Assembly: GCA_039630415.1 (NCBI GenBank) | Contig: JBCNVB010000025.1 | Span: 1 to 64,000 of the forward strand | Length of the DNA stretch: 64,000 nucleotides | Source: a bacterium | GTDB lineage: Bacteria; DRYD01 | Reading direction: 5' to 3' | Shown here: positions 1 to 9,519 of the stretch, piece by piece | How the letters are laid out: every line of letters begins with the position of its first letter | How positions within the stretch are numbered: the first letter of the stretch is position 1 | Translations under genes and position numbers: made by a program | The notes under the pieces: generated by a model | The model's input: only the letters and a program-made list of their open reading frames with translations | Told to the model about the DNA's origin: nothing | Databases searched by the model: none

Positions 1-126
1 GGATAAAAAATAATAGCTACCCTGATCTATTAGTTTTCTAATAAAATGAGTTTTATCAACGTAGTAATAATTGTCGGTTCTGATTTTTTCAAACGAACTT
101 ACACCAATCGGAAGTTTTTTATTCAC
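1..126 (-). CDS. AAA-ATPase-like domain protein (PF09820-type), 5' part only, runs off window
   Basis: Own translation from GTG at 126: VNKKLPIGVSSFEKIRTDNYYYVDKTHFIRKLIDQGSYYFLS. Matches the KKLPIG...YYVDKT...YFLSRPRRFGKS N-terminus of this family. Not in the ORF track. Confidence 0.8.
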   Translation of the reverse strand, partial: MNKKLPIGVSSFEKIRTDNYYYVDKTHFIRKLIDQGSYYFLS

Positions 127-197
127 ATTAATACAATATGTCGTGGGAGTCTAAAAATCCTGGACAGAAGTTTGACACAAAAGAGGAATATAAATGT

Positions 198-1472
198 TTA
201 ATCTTCTACAAAATCCAAGTCTCTACCAAAAGTTTCTTTTATAAAAATCAAAGCAAACAAAGAAAGGCCGAAAAATAAACAAGTCATTAAAATAGCAGAT
301 CCAACAAAACCAATAATAGATTTCAAGTAAATAAAGACTGAACTTATAACAAAAACTGAACCTCTAACGAAATTGGGTAATGTATTGACTACTGTCGATC
401 TTATATTGGTTCCAAAATTCTCTGCACCAACTACCAAAAACAATATCCAATAACCCGAAGCAAATCCCAATAGAAAGTTGTAAAAATAAAACATATAAAC
501 ATTGAAATTTGCAAAAAAGTAAAGGAAAACTAAAATAACTGATAACAAATAGAAAAACACGATAGCTTTTTTTCTACTTCTTAACTTTTGGGTCAATATT
601 CCAGCGAAAATATCACCCATAGACACCCCAAGATAAGCAAACATAATACTATTAGCAGCTATAACAGTTTGCTTTATATTTATTGCCTGAGCAACCTCAG
701 GAGAAAATGTTATCAAGATTGAAAAAACAAACCAAATCGGAACACCTAACAAAAACACTAAAACATATCTCAAAAACCTATCCCATCGATTAAATAACAA
801 CAATATGTTTCCCTTAGAAACATCTTCTTTCTGTTTCTCAAATATGTTGCTCTCGACAGTCTTGGAAATAAACAGTAGAAGAATAAATCCTAAAACACCG
901 CCAATAAGATACATAGTTCTCCAGTGGAAAAGATGAGATATAAGAGAAGCGACAACAGCACCCAACAATCCAAAAGAAGCCATAACAGCATTAGCAAATC
1001 CTCTCTTTTCTTTGTCAACTATTTCAGATATTAAAGTTACAGCAGCACCTAACTCACCAGCTAACCCCATCCCCACAAAAAATCTCAACACCCCATACCA
1101 AAAAGCATCCTGTACAAAAGCATTCAATATATTACCCAAAGAAAACATAAAAATTGATGCAAACAAAATAAATTTTCTACCTATCCTATCACCTAAAATA
1201 CCCCAAACAATTCCCCCTACCAACATTCCAATCATTTGAATATTTAATAGCAAAGCACCTAAAGACATAAAGTCATTAAAACCTATACTCCTAAGAGCAT
1301 CACCTATTATACCTAGACTTTCCAAAAAACTATCGATTTTTGACTGCTCATGATATCCCAAACCTTTCAAACTAGGAACTCTTAAGATACCAAAAAGAGA
1401 TAGATCAAAAATATCTACAAAATATCCAAAAGCTGCTACGAATATTGTGAAATTTATTAGCCTTTTATCCAT
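198..1472 (-). CDS. MFS transporter
   Basis: ~12 hydrophobic segments; MFS motif A GILGDRIGRK. Confidence 0.9.
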   Translation of the reverse strand: MDKRLINFTIFVAAFGYFVDIFDLSLFGILRVPSLKGLGYHEQSKIDSFLESLGIIGDALRSIGFNDFMSLGALLLNIQMIGMLVGGIVWGILGDRIGRKFILFASIFMFSLGNILNAFVQDAFWYGVLRFFVGMGLAGELGAAVTLISEIVDKEKRGFANAVMASFGLLGAVVASLISHLFHWRTMYLIGGVLGFILLLFISKTVESNIFEKQKEDVSKGNILLLFNRWDRFLRYVLVFLLGVPIWFVFSILITFSPEVAQAINIKQTVIAANSIMFAYLGVSMGDIFAGILTQKLRSRKKAIVFFYLLSVILVFLYFFANFNVYMFYFYNFLLGFASGYWILFLVVGAENFGTNIRSTVVNTLPNFVRGSVFVISSVFIYLKSIIGFVGSAILMTCLFFGLSLFALIFIKETFGRDLDFVED

Positions 1473-1486
1473 TAAATTAATGCTTC

Positions 1487-2002
1487 TTAATTATCATCAA
1501 AGAAAAAGTCATCAAAATCATCATCTATCCTGGATTTCGTCTTATTCTTACTCTTATTACTGACAAATTCATCATCTTCAAAATCTTCAAAACTATCAAA
1601 ATCATCTATATCTTTTTGGGTTTTCCTTTCGTACTTATCAAATTTTTCAGATCTTTTTTCTTCTTGCTTTCTGTCAAAATCAGTTTTTTTATCTTGTTCT
1701 GGCTTTTTATCCAACATTCTGAATGATTCTACTACGATTTCATATACTTTTCTTTTAGTTCCGTCCTGAGCTTCGTAGTTTCTGGTTTGTATTCTGCCTT
1801 CTATCATTATAAGTCTACCTTTAGTTAGGTATTTGGATGCTATTTCTGCTTGCTTATCAAAGGCTACGATATCAAAGAAATCGGTTTCTTCATTAGCTCT
1901 GTCAACAGCTAAGGAAAAACTGCTTACTGCTTTTCCCTGCTGAGTATATTTCAGTGTAGGTTCTTTTACAACTCTACCTATCATCAATACTTTGTTGTAC
2001 AT
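1487..2002 (-). CDS. ssb: single-stranded DNA-binding protein
   Basis: MYNKVLMIGR, LAVDR, KGRLIMIEGRIQTRNY OB-fold; acidic C-terminal tail. Confidence 0.95.
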   Translation of the reverse strand: MYNKVLMIGRVVKEPTLKYTQQGKAVSSFSLAVDRANEETDFFDIVAFDKQAEIASKYLTKGRLIMIEGRIQTRNYEAQDGTKRKVYEIVVESFRMLDKKPEQDKKTDFDRKQEEKRSEKFDKYERKTQKDIDDFDSFEDFEDDEFVSNKSKNKTKSRIDDDFDDFFFDDN

Positions 2003-2050
2003 AGTTTCATTTTTTGTGGGATTTATATACCGCTATTACCCACCTAGCGG
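2003..2050 (-). promoter_or_regulatory. putative H-type pseudoknot leader of ssb
   Basis: CCGCTA/TAGCGG stem; loop GTGGG is complementary to downstream CCCAC; linker TATATAAAT; A-rich tract to the ATG; analogous element before recA. Confidence 0.55.
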
Positions 2051-3594
2051 ATGTTTATAACATCTTTTTGTAATATTAAGCTTTCGGTAAGTTTTTCAAA
2101 TAGCTTTCCTCTTTCTTCAGCGGATTGGAATTGATCAAAGCTAGCTCCTCCAGGAGCTAATAAAATAGCTATAGCATCGTAGTAATCTTGCTCTTGAAAA
2201 GCCAAATCCACAGCCTTACCAAAAGCTTTCTCCAAATCATCAAAGGCATACATATACTTCAACCCCAACTTAGCAAAAGGATTGATAAACAAATCAGAGT
2301 ACTTACCAAAACTAATCAATCCTACTAAATCTTTGTAAATATCCACTCCTAATTCATCCAACTCTTTCCAAAATTCCTCTCTATTAGTGTACTTGGGAAC
2401 CCCACCAACAAGAAGTATTATCCCATACCTGTTAACCTTATTTACATTAAATAGTCTCTTAACAGTAAATACACTTGATCTAGTAGCAGCTAAATTAGTA
2501 GCTTTGCTGTCATTATAAAATTGTATTTTTCCGAGTTTACCAACTAATCTTAACCTATAATCTAGTGGTACAAAGTTGTCTATAACCTCTATAACCTTAC
2601 GCATATCTATTTCTATTTTCTTTATTACCCTTGAGTAGATAAAGAATGCAAGCAGAGAAGGTACAAGATTCTCTAAATAAATCCCATCATACCTAAAAAT
2701 CTCGTTACTTATTTTATTCAGGGGCAACGAAAAAACTACATTGGACTTTTTGTAATTTTTTATGTTTATTTGATTAGCGTCGATGCTAGCAACATAACCT
2801 ATTTCAGAATTATTTTTTAACTGTTTAATACTTTCCTCATCAAATGGCCCATTGAAAAAGTAGTTTATAGTTGACTTAAGTCTGTTCTTGTCTAAAGATT
2901 TTATTGTATTGTAGTCGTTTGCATTGATAATGCAGAAATCCTTCTTGAGTTGGAAATATAACAGTTTCAATTTAGATTGTATATAGTCTTGCATATTTTG
3001 GTGTCTATCAAGGTGATCAGGCTTTATGTTAGTTATGACTGATATATGTGGTCTGATATTGTTAGTCATTTTGAGTTGGAAAGAGCTAATTTCCAGAACT
3101 ATGGTGGGATTACTAACGTTCGAGCATTCATAGCAAATTTCAGAAAAAGGATAACCTATGTTACCACCTATAAACACGTTTTTGTTTAGGTGAGAATCAA
3201 TGAATTTGTATATTAGTGTTGTTACAGTACTTTTGCCATTAGTGCCAGTAATACCTATAATAGTTTTGTTTTTGGATAAAGTTTTATAGGCCGCCTCTAT
3301 TTCTGATATAACAGGAACATTTACAGATTTGGCAAACTCGATGATGGGATGATCAAATGGAACACCAGGACTTACTATCAGAAATCTATAGTTTTTTATC
3401 TCATTTATAACATACTGTGGCTGTTTACCCAGGAATATTTCATTAAAATATGGCCTATATTCTTCAGGTATATATAGGTTGTAGTTATCATCAAATCCTT
3501 TTACCTTAAATCCTAGTTGATGGTAAAGTTTAGCGCTACCTAATCCGCTTTTGGATAATCCCAATATTCCGATCGAGTCCTTTTTTACTCTCAC
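2044..3594 (-). CDS. murD: UDP-N-acetylmuramoyl-L-alanine--D-glutamate ligase
   Basis: GITGTNGKST, GNIG, EISSFQL, DHLDRH, NDSKATN, ASFDQF motifs. Confidence 0.93.
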   Translation of the reverse strand: MRVKKDSIGILGLSKSGLGSAKLYHQLGFKVKGFDDNYNLYIPEEYRPYFNEIFLGKQPQYVINEIKNYRFLIVSPGVPFDHPIIEFAKSVNVPVISEIEAAYKTLSKNKTIIGITGTNGKSTVTTLIYKFIDSHLNKNVFIGGNIGYPFSEICYECSNVSNPTIVLEISSFQLKMTNNIRPHISVITNIKPDHLDRHQNMQDYIQSKLKLLYFQLKKDFCIINANDYNTIKSLDKNRLKSTINYFFNGPFDEESIKQLKNNSEIGYVASIDANQINIKNYKKSNVVFSLPLNKISNEIFRYDGIYLENLVPSLLAFFIYSRVIKKIEIDMRKVIEVIDNFVPLDYRLRLVGKLGKIQFYNDSKATNLAATRSSVFTVKRLFNVNKVNRYGIILLVGGVPKYTNREEFWKELDELGVDIYKDLVGLISFGKYSDLFINPFAKLGLKYMYAFDDLEKAFGKAVDLAFQEQDYYDAIAILLAPGGASFDQFQSAEERGKLFEKLTESLILQKDVINIR

Positions 3595-3596
3595 GA

Positions 3597-4310
3597 TTAT
3601 ATCCTCCCCGTAACTGCCATTAAGGTAAATTTGATTATTTTAGTTATTCTCGGTATTCTTTTTAAATCAGTAGCAAATCTATACATCCATTCTAGTCCCA
3701 TTTTTCTAATTATGAATGGTGCTCTTTTAAAAACCCCTGCCCAAACATCAATGCTTCCACCTATACCTATTCCAAGATTAAACTTTAATGCATTCATATT
3801 TTGATATATCCATCTTTCCTGCTTTGGACTACCCATACCAACTAACAATACTTCTGGCTCTAATCTATTTATTTGCTGTATTAATGGCTCAGAGCTTTCA
3901 AAATATCCATCATGAAAACCAACAATATTACTCTGAGGATACTTTTGTTTAAGATTATTAACTGCTTTCACTATGTTCTCTTTCTTTGAACCTACAATAA
4001 AAGTTCTATATCCTTTTTCAATTATCTTTTCTGCTACCTCTATCCCATTTAAAGGACTAACCTTAATACCATTTTTCTTAGAGAAAAGATAACAAATACC
4101 TACTGAATCCAAGATTACCGTAGAATTACTAACTATTTCTCTAAATTCCCGGTCCTTTATCGAATCCATAAACATCTCAGTATTTAAAGTTATCAACATT
4201 TCCTTTTGACCGTTTGATATCAGATTTTTCAGGTTTTCTTCTACTTCTTCAAACGAAAACAAAACTTTTTTAAAAGATAGATGGTTAAGTGTATTCAAAT
4301 TTTTCTGCAT
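3597..4310 (-). CDS. WecB/TagA/CpsF family glycosyltransferase
   Basis: HDGYF, VGMGSPKQERWI, GGSIDV, RAP, GLEW motifs. Confidence 0.9.
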   Translation of the reverse strand: MQKNLNTLNHLSFKKVLFSFEEVEENLKNLISNGQKEMLITLNTEMFMDSIKDREFREIVSNSTVILDSVGICYLFSKKNGIKVSPLNGIEVAEKIIEKGYRTFIVGSKKENIVKAVNNLKQKYPQSNIVGFHDGYFESSEPLIQQINRLEPEVLLVGMGSPKQERWIYQNMNALKFNLGIGIGGSIDVWAGVFKRAPFIIRKMGLEWMYRFATDLKRIPRITKIIKFTLMAVTGRI

Positions 4311-5701
4311 CTAGTTCCCCAGGGAGTATCTTCAAGTATGTATCCCATGTTGTTTATAGTTTGTCTTATTTGATCAGCTAGTTGATAATTTTTTTCTTCC
4401 CTAGCCTTTCTTCTTTGATTTATTAAATCCAGAATATCTTGGGGGATTGGAACTACATTGTCTAAATCTAACCCAAACACACTATCCGCTTTTTTAACCA
4501 GATCAAGCAAATAACTCGCTTCTCCGTACCTAAATAATTTAGGGTTCTTATTTAACAGTGAAAAGAATTCATTGGATAAGTCAAATAAAGAAGCAATAGC
4601 CTTAGGAGTGTTTAAGTCCTCTCTTAGCGAATTTTCAAAATTATCAATAAACTTTTGTCCAATTGTTTTTATTTGAGGGTCTACATACTCTGTAGTCTCA
4701 TGCTGGTAGTAATTTTTTATGTCTATGAGAGTATTTACAAAAGCTTTAAGGGTATTTAAGGCATTTTCAGAACCTTTTAGGTTTTCAAAAGTGAAATTAA
4801 GCTTGTTCCTGTAGTGAGTTTGCAAATATAATAACCTTAATGATAGAGGATTTGGAATATCTTTGATGGTTATGATATTGTTAAGAGATTTACTCATCTT
4901 TTGGTTTTCTACAAGAAGATGATTAACATGGAACCAATAGTTGGCTAACTTTTGTTGGTATGCTGCTTCAGACTGTGCTATTTCGTTTTCATGGTGTGGG
5001 AAGATAAGATCTATCCCTCCGGCATGGATATCAAACGGTTGACCTAGATATTTTCTATTCATTGCACTGCATTCAATATGCCATCCTGGTCTACCTTTAC
5101 CTATCTCACAATCCCAAAAAACACCTCCATCTTCCTTATCATACGCTTTCCACAGGGCAAAATCCGCAGGGTCATCCTTTTCATACTGATCCACTTCTAC
5201 TCTAGCTCCAACTTTCAAACTGCTCTTACTTATTTTACTTAGCTTACCATACTCAGGAAACTTTGTAATCGAAAAATATATACTTCCATCCTCAGCTTTG
5301 TATGCTATGCCTTTTTCCAACAAAATTTTTATCATCTCTACCATCTCTGGTATATGCTCAGTAGCCCGCGGATAGTAATAAGCAGGCTTTATATTTAACC
5401 TTTGTATACTTTCAAAAAAGTATCTCTCATAAACCGAAGTATATTCTTTCAAAGAAACACCCTTTTGACCTATTGCTTTTATTATCTTATCATCAACATC
5501 GGTGATATTGATTATAAGCTTAACCTTATATGAAAAGTATTCCAGTGTTCTTCTAAGTATGTCTACACATGTAAAAGTTCTTAAGTTACCTATGTGGGGA
5601 TAATCATATACAGTAGGCCCACAGGCATAGATACCAACATATTCAGGGTTAATAGGAATGAATTCCTCTATTGTTCCACTTAAGGTGTTATACAGCCTCA
5701 T
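4295..5701 (-). CDS. cysS: cysteine--tRNA ligase
   Basis: [27 protein letters not shown]; likely start MRLYNTL at 5701. Confidence 0.97.
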   Translation of the reverse strand: MRLYNTLSGTIEEFIPINPEYVGIYACGPTVYDYPHIGNLRTFTCVDILRRTLEYFSYKVKLIINITDVDDKIIKAIGQKGVSLKEYTSVYERYFFESIQRLNIKPAYYYPRATEHIPEMVEMIKILLEKGIAYKAEDGSIYFSITKFPEYGKLSKISKSSLKVGARVEVDQYEKDDPADFALWKAYDKEDGGVFWDCEIGKGRPGWHIECSAMNRKYLGQPFDIHAGGIDLIFPHHENEIAQSEAAYQQKLANYWFHVNHLLVENQKMSKSLNNIITIKDIPNPLSLRLLYLQTHYRNKLNFTFENLKGSENALNTLKAFVNTLIDIKNYYQHETTEYVDPQIKTIGQKFIDNFENSLREDLNTPKAIASLFDLSNEFFSLLNKNPKLFRYGEASYLLDLVKKADSVFGLDLDNVVPIPQDILDLINQRRKAREEKNYQLADQIRQTINNMGYILEDTPWGTRCRKI

Positions 5702-5708
5702 TTGGAGA

Positions 5709-6302
5709 TTATACAAGTTGTAGTAATTCTTCTAGTACTACTAATTCAGATCCTGCATTTACCATTTCTTTTATTGCTTCTTCACTGTCATTAGGTTTCA
5801 AATCTACACCTTTGATAGCATCAACCAGTAGAAAAACTCTATACCCCAGTTTCAGAGCATCCAGAACAGTATTTTTTACACAGTACTCAGTTGCAACTCC
5901 ACAAACATATAAATTTTTTATGTTCATTTCCTGTAACTTTTGATGCAATTCAGTTTGATAGAATCCAGAGTAAGCTTCTAAGTCTTTTTGATAAGCTTTG
6001 GAAATCATTAAGTAGTTAGATCGTGGTATTATAATTGAGGGATGTATTTGAGCACCGAAGGTATTTTGAACACAGTGTCTAGGCCATATTCCTCCGTTTT
6101 CTCTGAAAGAAATATGGTCTTCTGGATGCCAATCTCTAGTGTAAACTACCAACATTTTCTTTTCCGTAAAAAGTTTGATGTATTCATTAATTATGGGTAT
6201 TATGGTGTCGGAGTTGGGTACTTCTAGTGCCCCACCAGGTAAAAAATCATTCTGCATATCTACTACTATTAAACATGCGTTTTCCAGCTTTTCTATTCTC
6301 AT
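5709..6302 (-). CDS. pncA: nicotinamidase/pyrazinamidase
   Basis: VDMQNDF.PGGAL, DWHP.DH, WPRHCV, GVATEYCV. Confidence 0.92.
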   Translation of the reverse strand: MRIEKLENACLIVVDMQNDFLPGGALEVPNSDTIIPIINEYIKLFTEKKMLVVYTRDWHPEDHISFRENGGIWPRHCVQNTFGAQIHPSIIIPRSNYLMISKAYQKDLEAYSGFYQTELHQKLQEMNIKNLYVCGVATEYCVKNTVLDALKLGYRVFLLVDAIKGVDLKPNDSEEAIKEMVNAGSELVVLEELLQLV

Positions 6303-6323
6303 TTATCTCCCTCCTTGGAAAGT

Positions 6324-6776
6324 TCAGGTATTCCATTCAAGAATGAAGGTCACTGGACCATCGTTGACAATGCAAACTTCCATATGAGCCCCGAATACTC
6401 CTACTTTTACTTTATTCCATTTCTTTTCAAACTTTTCCTGCAGCTTATTGAATAGCTCTATTGCTTTTGTATACTCTAAAGCATTATCAAATGAAGGTCT
6501 TCTTCCTCTGGATAGATCACCATACAACGTAAACTGCGAAACTAATAAAATCTCCCCATCAACATCAATTAATGACAAATTCATCTTACCGTTTTCATCC
6601 TCAAATATTCTCATGTTTAGGATTTTATCAACTAGCTTATCATAAGTTTGGGATATATTAGGGTAATCGTTCTTAGTGAACCCAACCAACACGTTTATAC
6701 CTTTTCCTATCTGAGCAACAATGTTCTGATCAACCTTTACATATGAACTAGATACTCTCTGTATTACAGCTCTCAT
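6324..6776 (-). CDS. dtd: D-aminoacyl-tRNA deacylase
   Basis: MRAVIQRV, SQFTL, RPSF, NDGPVT. Confidence 0.96.
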   Translation of the reverse strand: MRAVIQRVSSSYVKVDQNIVAQIGKGINVLVGFTKNDYPNISQTYDKLVDKILNMRIFEDENGKMNLSLIDVDGEILLVSQFTLYGDLSRGRRPSFDNALEYTKAIELFNKLQEKFEKKWNKVKVGVFGAHMEVCIVNDGPVTFILEWNT

Positions 6777-8337
6777 ATATAAACTCCCTACATTCTAGAT
6801 AGTATTTGTAAAAACTCTCACTGTATTTAACTTTATTTTCTGGTATTTTTTCAATAATTCGAAAAGCCTCCTGCTTATTACCATTCAAAAATAACAAATT
6901 AGCTAGACTAATTTTGAGTAGTAAACCAGAGTCTACGTTAAAAAGTAAGTTTTTTTTAGGGAACGGATAGATCGGTATTATTACACCCAGGTATTTGGTC
7001 GAAATAGTACTTATGTTTTGTATTATTTTCAAAGCTTTATCATATTCATTTTGAAGCCAATGCAAACAAGCAAGGTTATAAGATGAGAGAAAATCGTTAG
7101 TTTTGATTTGGTAACTTTTGGTTAGATTTTGTTTTGCTACTTCGTAGTCTCCCTTAACCATTGCAACAAAACCCAAATTATTGTAATAATCATTACTAAC
7201 CGCCATTATGGGTGTTCTAAGAATATTATAGGCTAAATCAATATTGACCCTAATAGCATTAAAAACAACTTCCATAAGCATATCTAAGATTTGTCTAGAA
7301 TCATGCTCAAATATCACCAAGTCACTAATCTTAACACCACTTCTATTTAGAATTGAGATGATTGTTTGCTTAGAGTATATTTGTCTAGAATACGAGCTTG
7401 AACCCCTAATTTCAAATAAAAAATACCTATTATCAACCTTAATACCGATAACCCTTTTATCCATTAATAAAAAAACAAAACAGAGTGGATATATACTAAG
7501 CATATTTTCTGGATTTGTTTCTTCTAAAGAGTAATTTTCCATATCCGGTATTTGACTAACAGAACCTATAAAATAGACCTTGTCGATAATTTTCTCTAGA
7601 GCTTTTAATATCTGATTTACCCTAAGGTAATCCATATCAATGATTGTATTTTCAATTTCCTTGGAAGATAAACCATAAATGATTTTATACTTGTGGTATA
7701 TTCTATCAAAGAGTTCCATCTCGTTAAATATTTTGTAAGGGTTAGAAGAGTTGTAAGGATCCATAAGAAAATATAGGTATGAATTAATCTGATCTTTATC
7801 TGGATAAAAATCAATATTTGGCTCAACATCTAGATTATCCTCTAAGTAGCTTAGAATTGAACCTACAAAAGATTTGTTAAAACTTACTTTTTGCTGATAA
7901 TGTTGACATATTTTGTGCAGGATGTATATTTCGAAGAAGTTGTTAGAAACAAGTTTTAGAGAGTTTACCCAAAAGCCGGAAGAAAATCCCTCTCTTAGGT
8001 TTTGATTCGATAAAACAACAAATGATAGTAGATTAATTCTGTAATGCTCTTCTAATTTATCGAGATTTATAATGTTTATATCAGGATTTAATTCTTTCCA
8101 AACACCCGGATCTATAGTAGAAACTACAATAACATTACCTTGAACATGTTTTACTAAATTTCTACATTCTAAATAATCACTGCAGTTAATCACAACATTT
8201 TGTGACTGTTGATCGATCCTAGAACAGTATTTGTATCCCAGTTGATTTACGATTTCGTTGGTGATGAACTTTGAAGCTTTTTCACTATTGGTATGGAGTA
8301 GCGTTAGTTGGTTACTTTTTATTAGTAACTCGAGCAT
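6748..8337 (-). CDS. hypothetical protein with C-terminal TPR-like repeats
   Basis: YYNNLG...GDYEVA and YNLACL...EYDKAL TPR-like motifs. The ORF-track start lies inside tRNA-Gly, so ATG 8337 (MLELL) is preferred. Confidence 0.6.
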   Translation of the reverse strand: MLELLIKSNQLTLLHTNSEKASKFITNEIVNQLGYKYCSRIDQQSQNVVINCSDYLECRNLVKHVQGNVIVVSTIDPGVWKELNPDINIINLDKLEEHYRINLLSFVVLSNQNLREGFSSGFWVNSLKLVSNNFFEIYILHKICQHYQQKVSFNKSFVGSILSYLEDNLDVEPNIDFYPDKDQINSYLYFLMDPYNSSNPYKIFNEMELFDRIYHKYKIIYGLSSKEIENTIIDMDYLRVNQILKALEKIIDKVYFIGSVSQIPDMENYSLEETNPENMLSIYPLCFVFLLMDKRVIGIKVDNRYFLFEIRGSSSYSRQIYSKQTIISILNRSGVKISDLVIFEHDSRQILDMLMEVVFNAIRVNIDLAYNILRTPIMAVSNDYYNNLGFVAMVKGDYEVAKQNLTKSYQIKTNDFLSSYNLACLHWLQNEYDKALKIIQNISTISTKYLGVIIPIYPFPKKNLLFNVDSGLLLKISLANLLFLNGNKQEAFRIIEKIPENKVKYSESFYKYYLECREFIYESCNTESI

Positions 8338-8363
8338 TGGGTTTGAGATATAGGGGAGGGATA

Positions 8364-8435
8364 AGCGGTAGACGGGACTCGAACCCGCGACCTCCTGCTT
8401 GGAAGGCAGGAGCTCTACCACTGAGCTACTACCGC
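8364..8435 (-). tRNA. tRNA-Gly(TCC), CCA not encoded
   Basis: GCGGTAG acceptor stem, CCTGC-CTTCCAA-GCAGG anticodon arm, GGTTCGAGTCC T-arm. Confidence 0.96.
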
Positions 8436-8619
8436 TCCAACTTATTTATTCTAAAAACCCTACACTACCTCCTCCTATTTCCTTAACATACCCAGGATTT
8501 CATTCGAAATTATCACAATATTATAAATGGAGACAAAATTTAACATTTTTTTCACATATATTTAAAAGATCAACAAAAAACATATAAAAAAAAGATAAGC
8601 GGGGGTAAATGAATAGGTT

Positions 8620-9519
8620 ATGGACAGTACGAATGTAAATAGATTAAAAAATACTCAAGCATCTTTTGTCGGTAAACCTCAAGGAAATCTACTAAAACAG
8701 CAAATAAGTCAAAATAAAGATTCAACCACAATACAACAAGAAATAAAACAAAAGCAAGAAAAAGAGCTTCAACAGGAACAGCAACTAAAAGAACAACAAC
8801 AAAAAGACAAAGTCCAACAATCTCAATTATCCAGAATTAATCTGCTAAAAACACAACAAAAACAATCCTCTCAAACCCAACAACCACTATACAAACAAGA
8901 ACTACAAACACTAAAAGGTGTACTAAGAAACTGGGTAAATGGAATGCTTAATCCATCCTCAAACTTTAATTTAATGCAAACACAAAATCCAACAGAAAAT
9001 ACAACCCAAAGATTCGTCAATGCCTGGCTCAATTCAGATAGTAAAGCAATCCAAAATCTAGAAAGACTGCTTAACCTACAATTGCAACTACAACCCAACA
9101 ATGCCGAAGCATACGTAAAACTACAATTAGTCAAATTAGTCAAAGATGCCAAAAAAATGGTAGAAGAATATTCAGAAACTAGAAACGATCCTCATGTTTC
9201 CTATAAAGATGCAGAAGAAAATCAACACTGTATCATAACCGCAGGTATGATGGCCACCGCAATTAACAGACTAAGACGTAAAAAGAATAAGTCCTATACA
9301 GACATAAGAGAAGAAATGAAAAAAGAACTAAAACTAGAAAACATAAATGAAAATAAATCATACTACGAAAACATATCAAGAGCTAGAAAACTCCTAAAAG
9401 AAGCAGAAAAGGAACTTTTTGAAGCTATCAAAAACGGTGCCGATCAAGAAACCGTAAACAGAATAATAGAAAAAGTATCAGATATATACTCACTCCTATC
9501 AGAACTATACAAACGATGA
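8620..9519 (+). CDS. hypothetical Gln-rich, helical protein
   Basis: 299-aa ORF with a low-complexity Q-rich N-terminus; family not recognised. Confidence 0.7.
   Translation: MDSTNVNRLKNTQASFVGKPQGNLLKQQISQNKDSTTIQQEIKQKQEKELQQEQQLKEQQQKDKVQQSQLSRINLLKTQQKQSSQTQQPLYKQELQTLKGVLRNWVNGMLNPSSNFNLMQTQNPTENTTQRFVNAWLNSDSKAIQNLERLLNLQLQLQPNNAEAYVKLQLVKLVKDAKKMVEEYSETRNDPHVSYKDAEENQHCIITAGMMATAINRLRRKKNKSYTDIREEMKKELKLENINENKSYYENISRARKLLKEAEKELFEAIKNGADQETVNRIIEKVSDIYSLLSELYKR

Noticed and set aside
183-196. GAGGAATATAAATG, similar to the pseudoknot linker
   Set aside because: No flanking stems and no same-strand gene downstream.
8338-8421. ORF-track N-terminal extensions into tRNA genes (also 14225-14264 and 48790-48846)
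   Set aside because: They are translations of tRNA sequence; downstream ATGs are more plausible.
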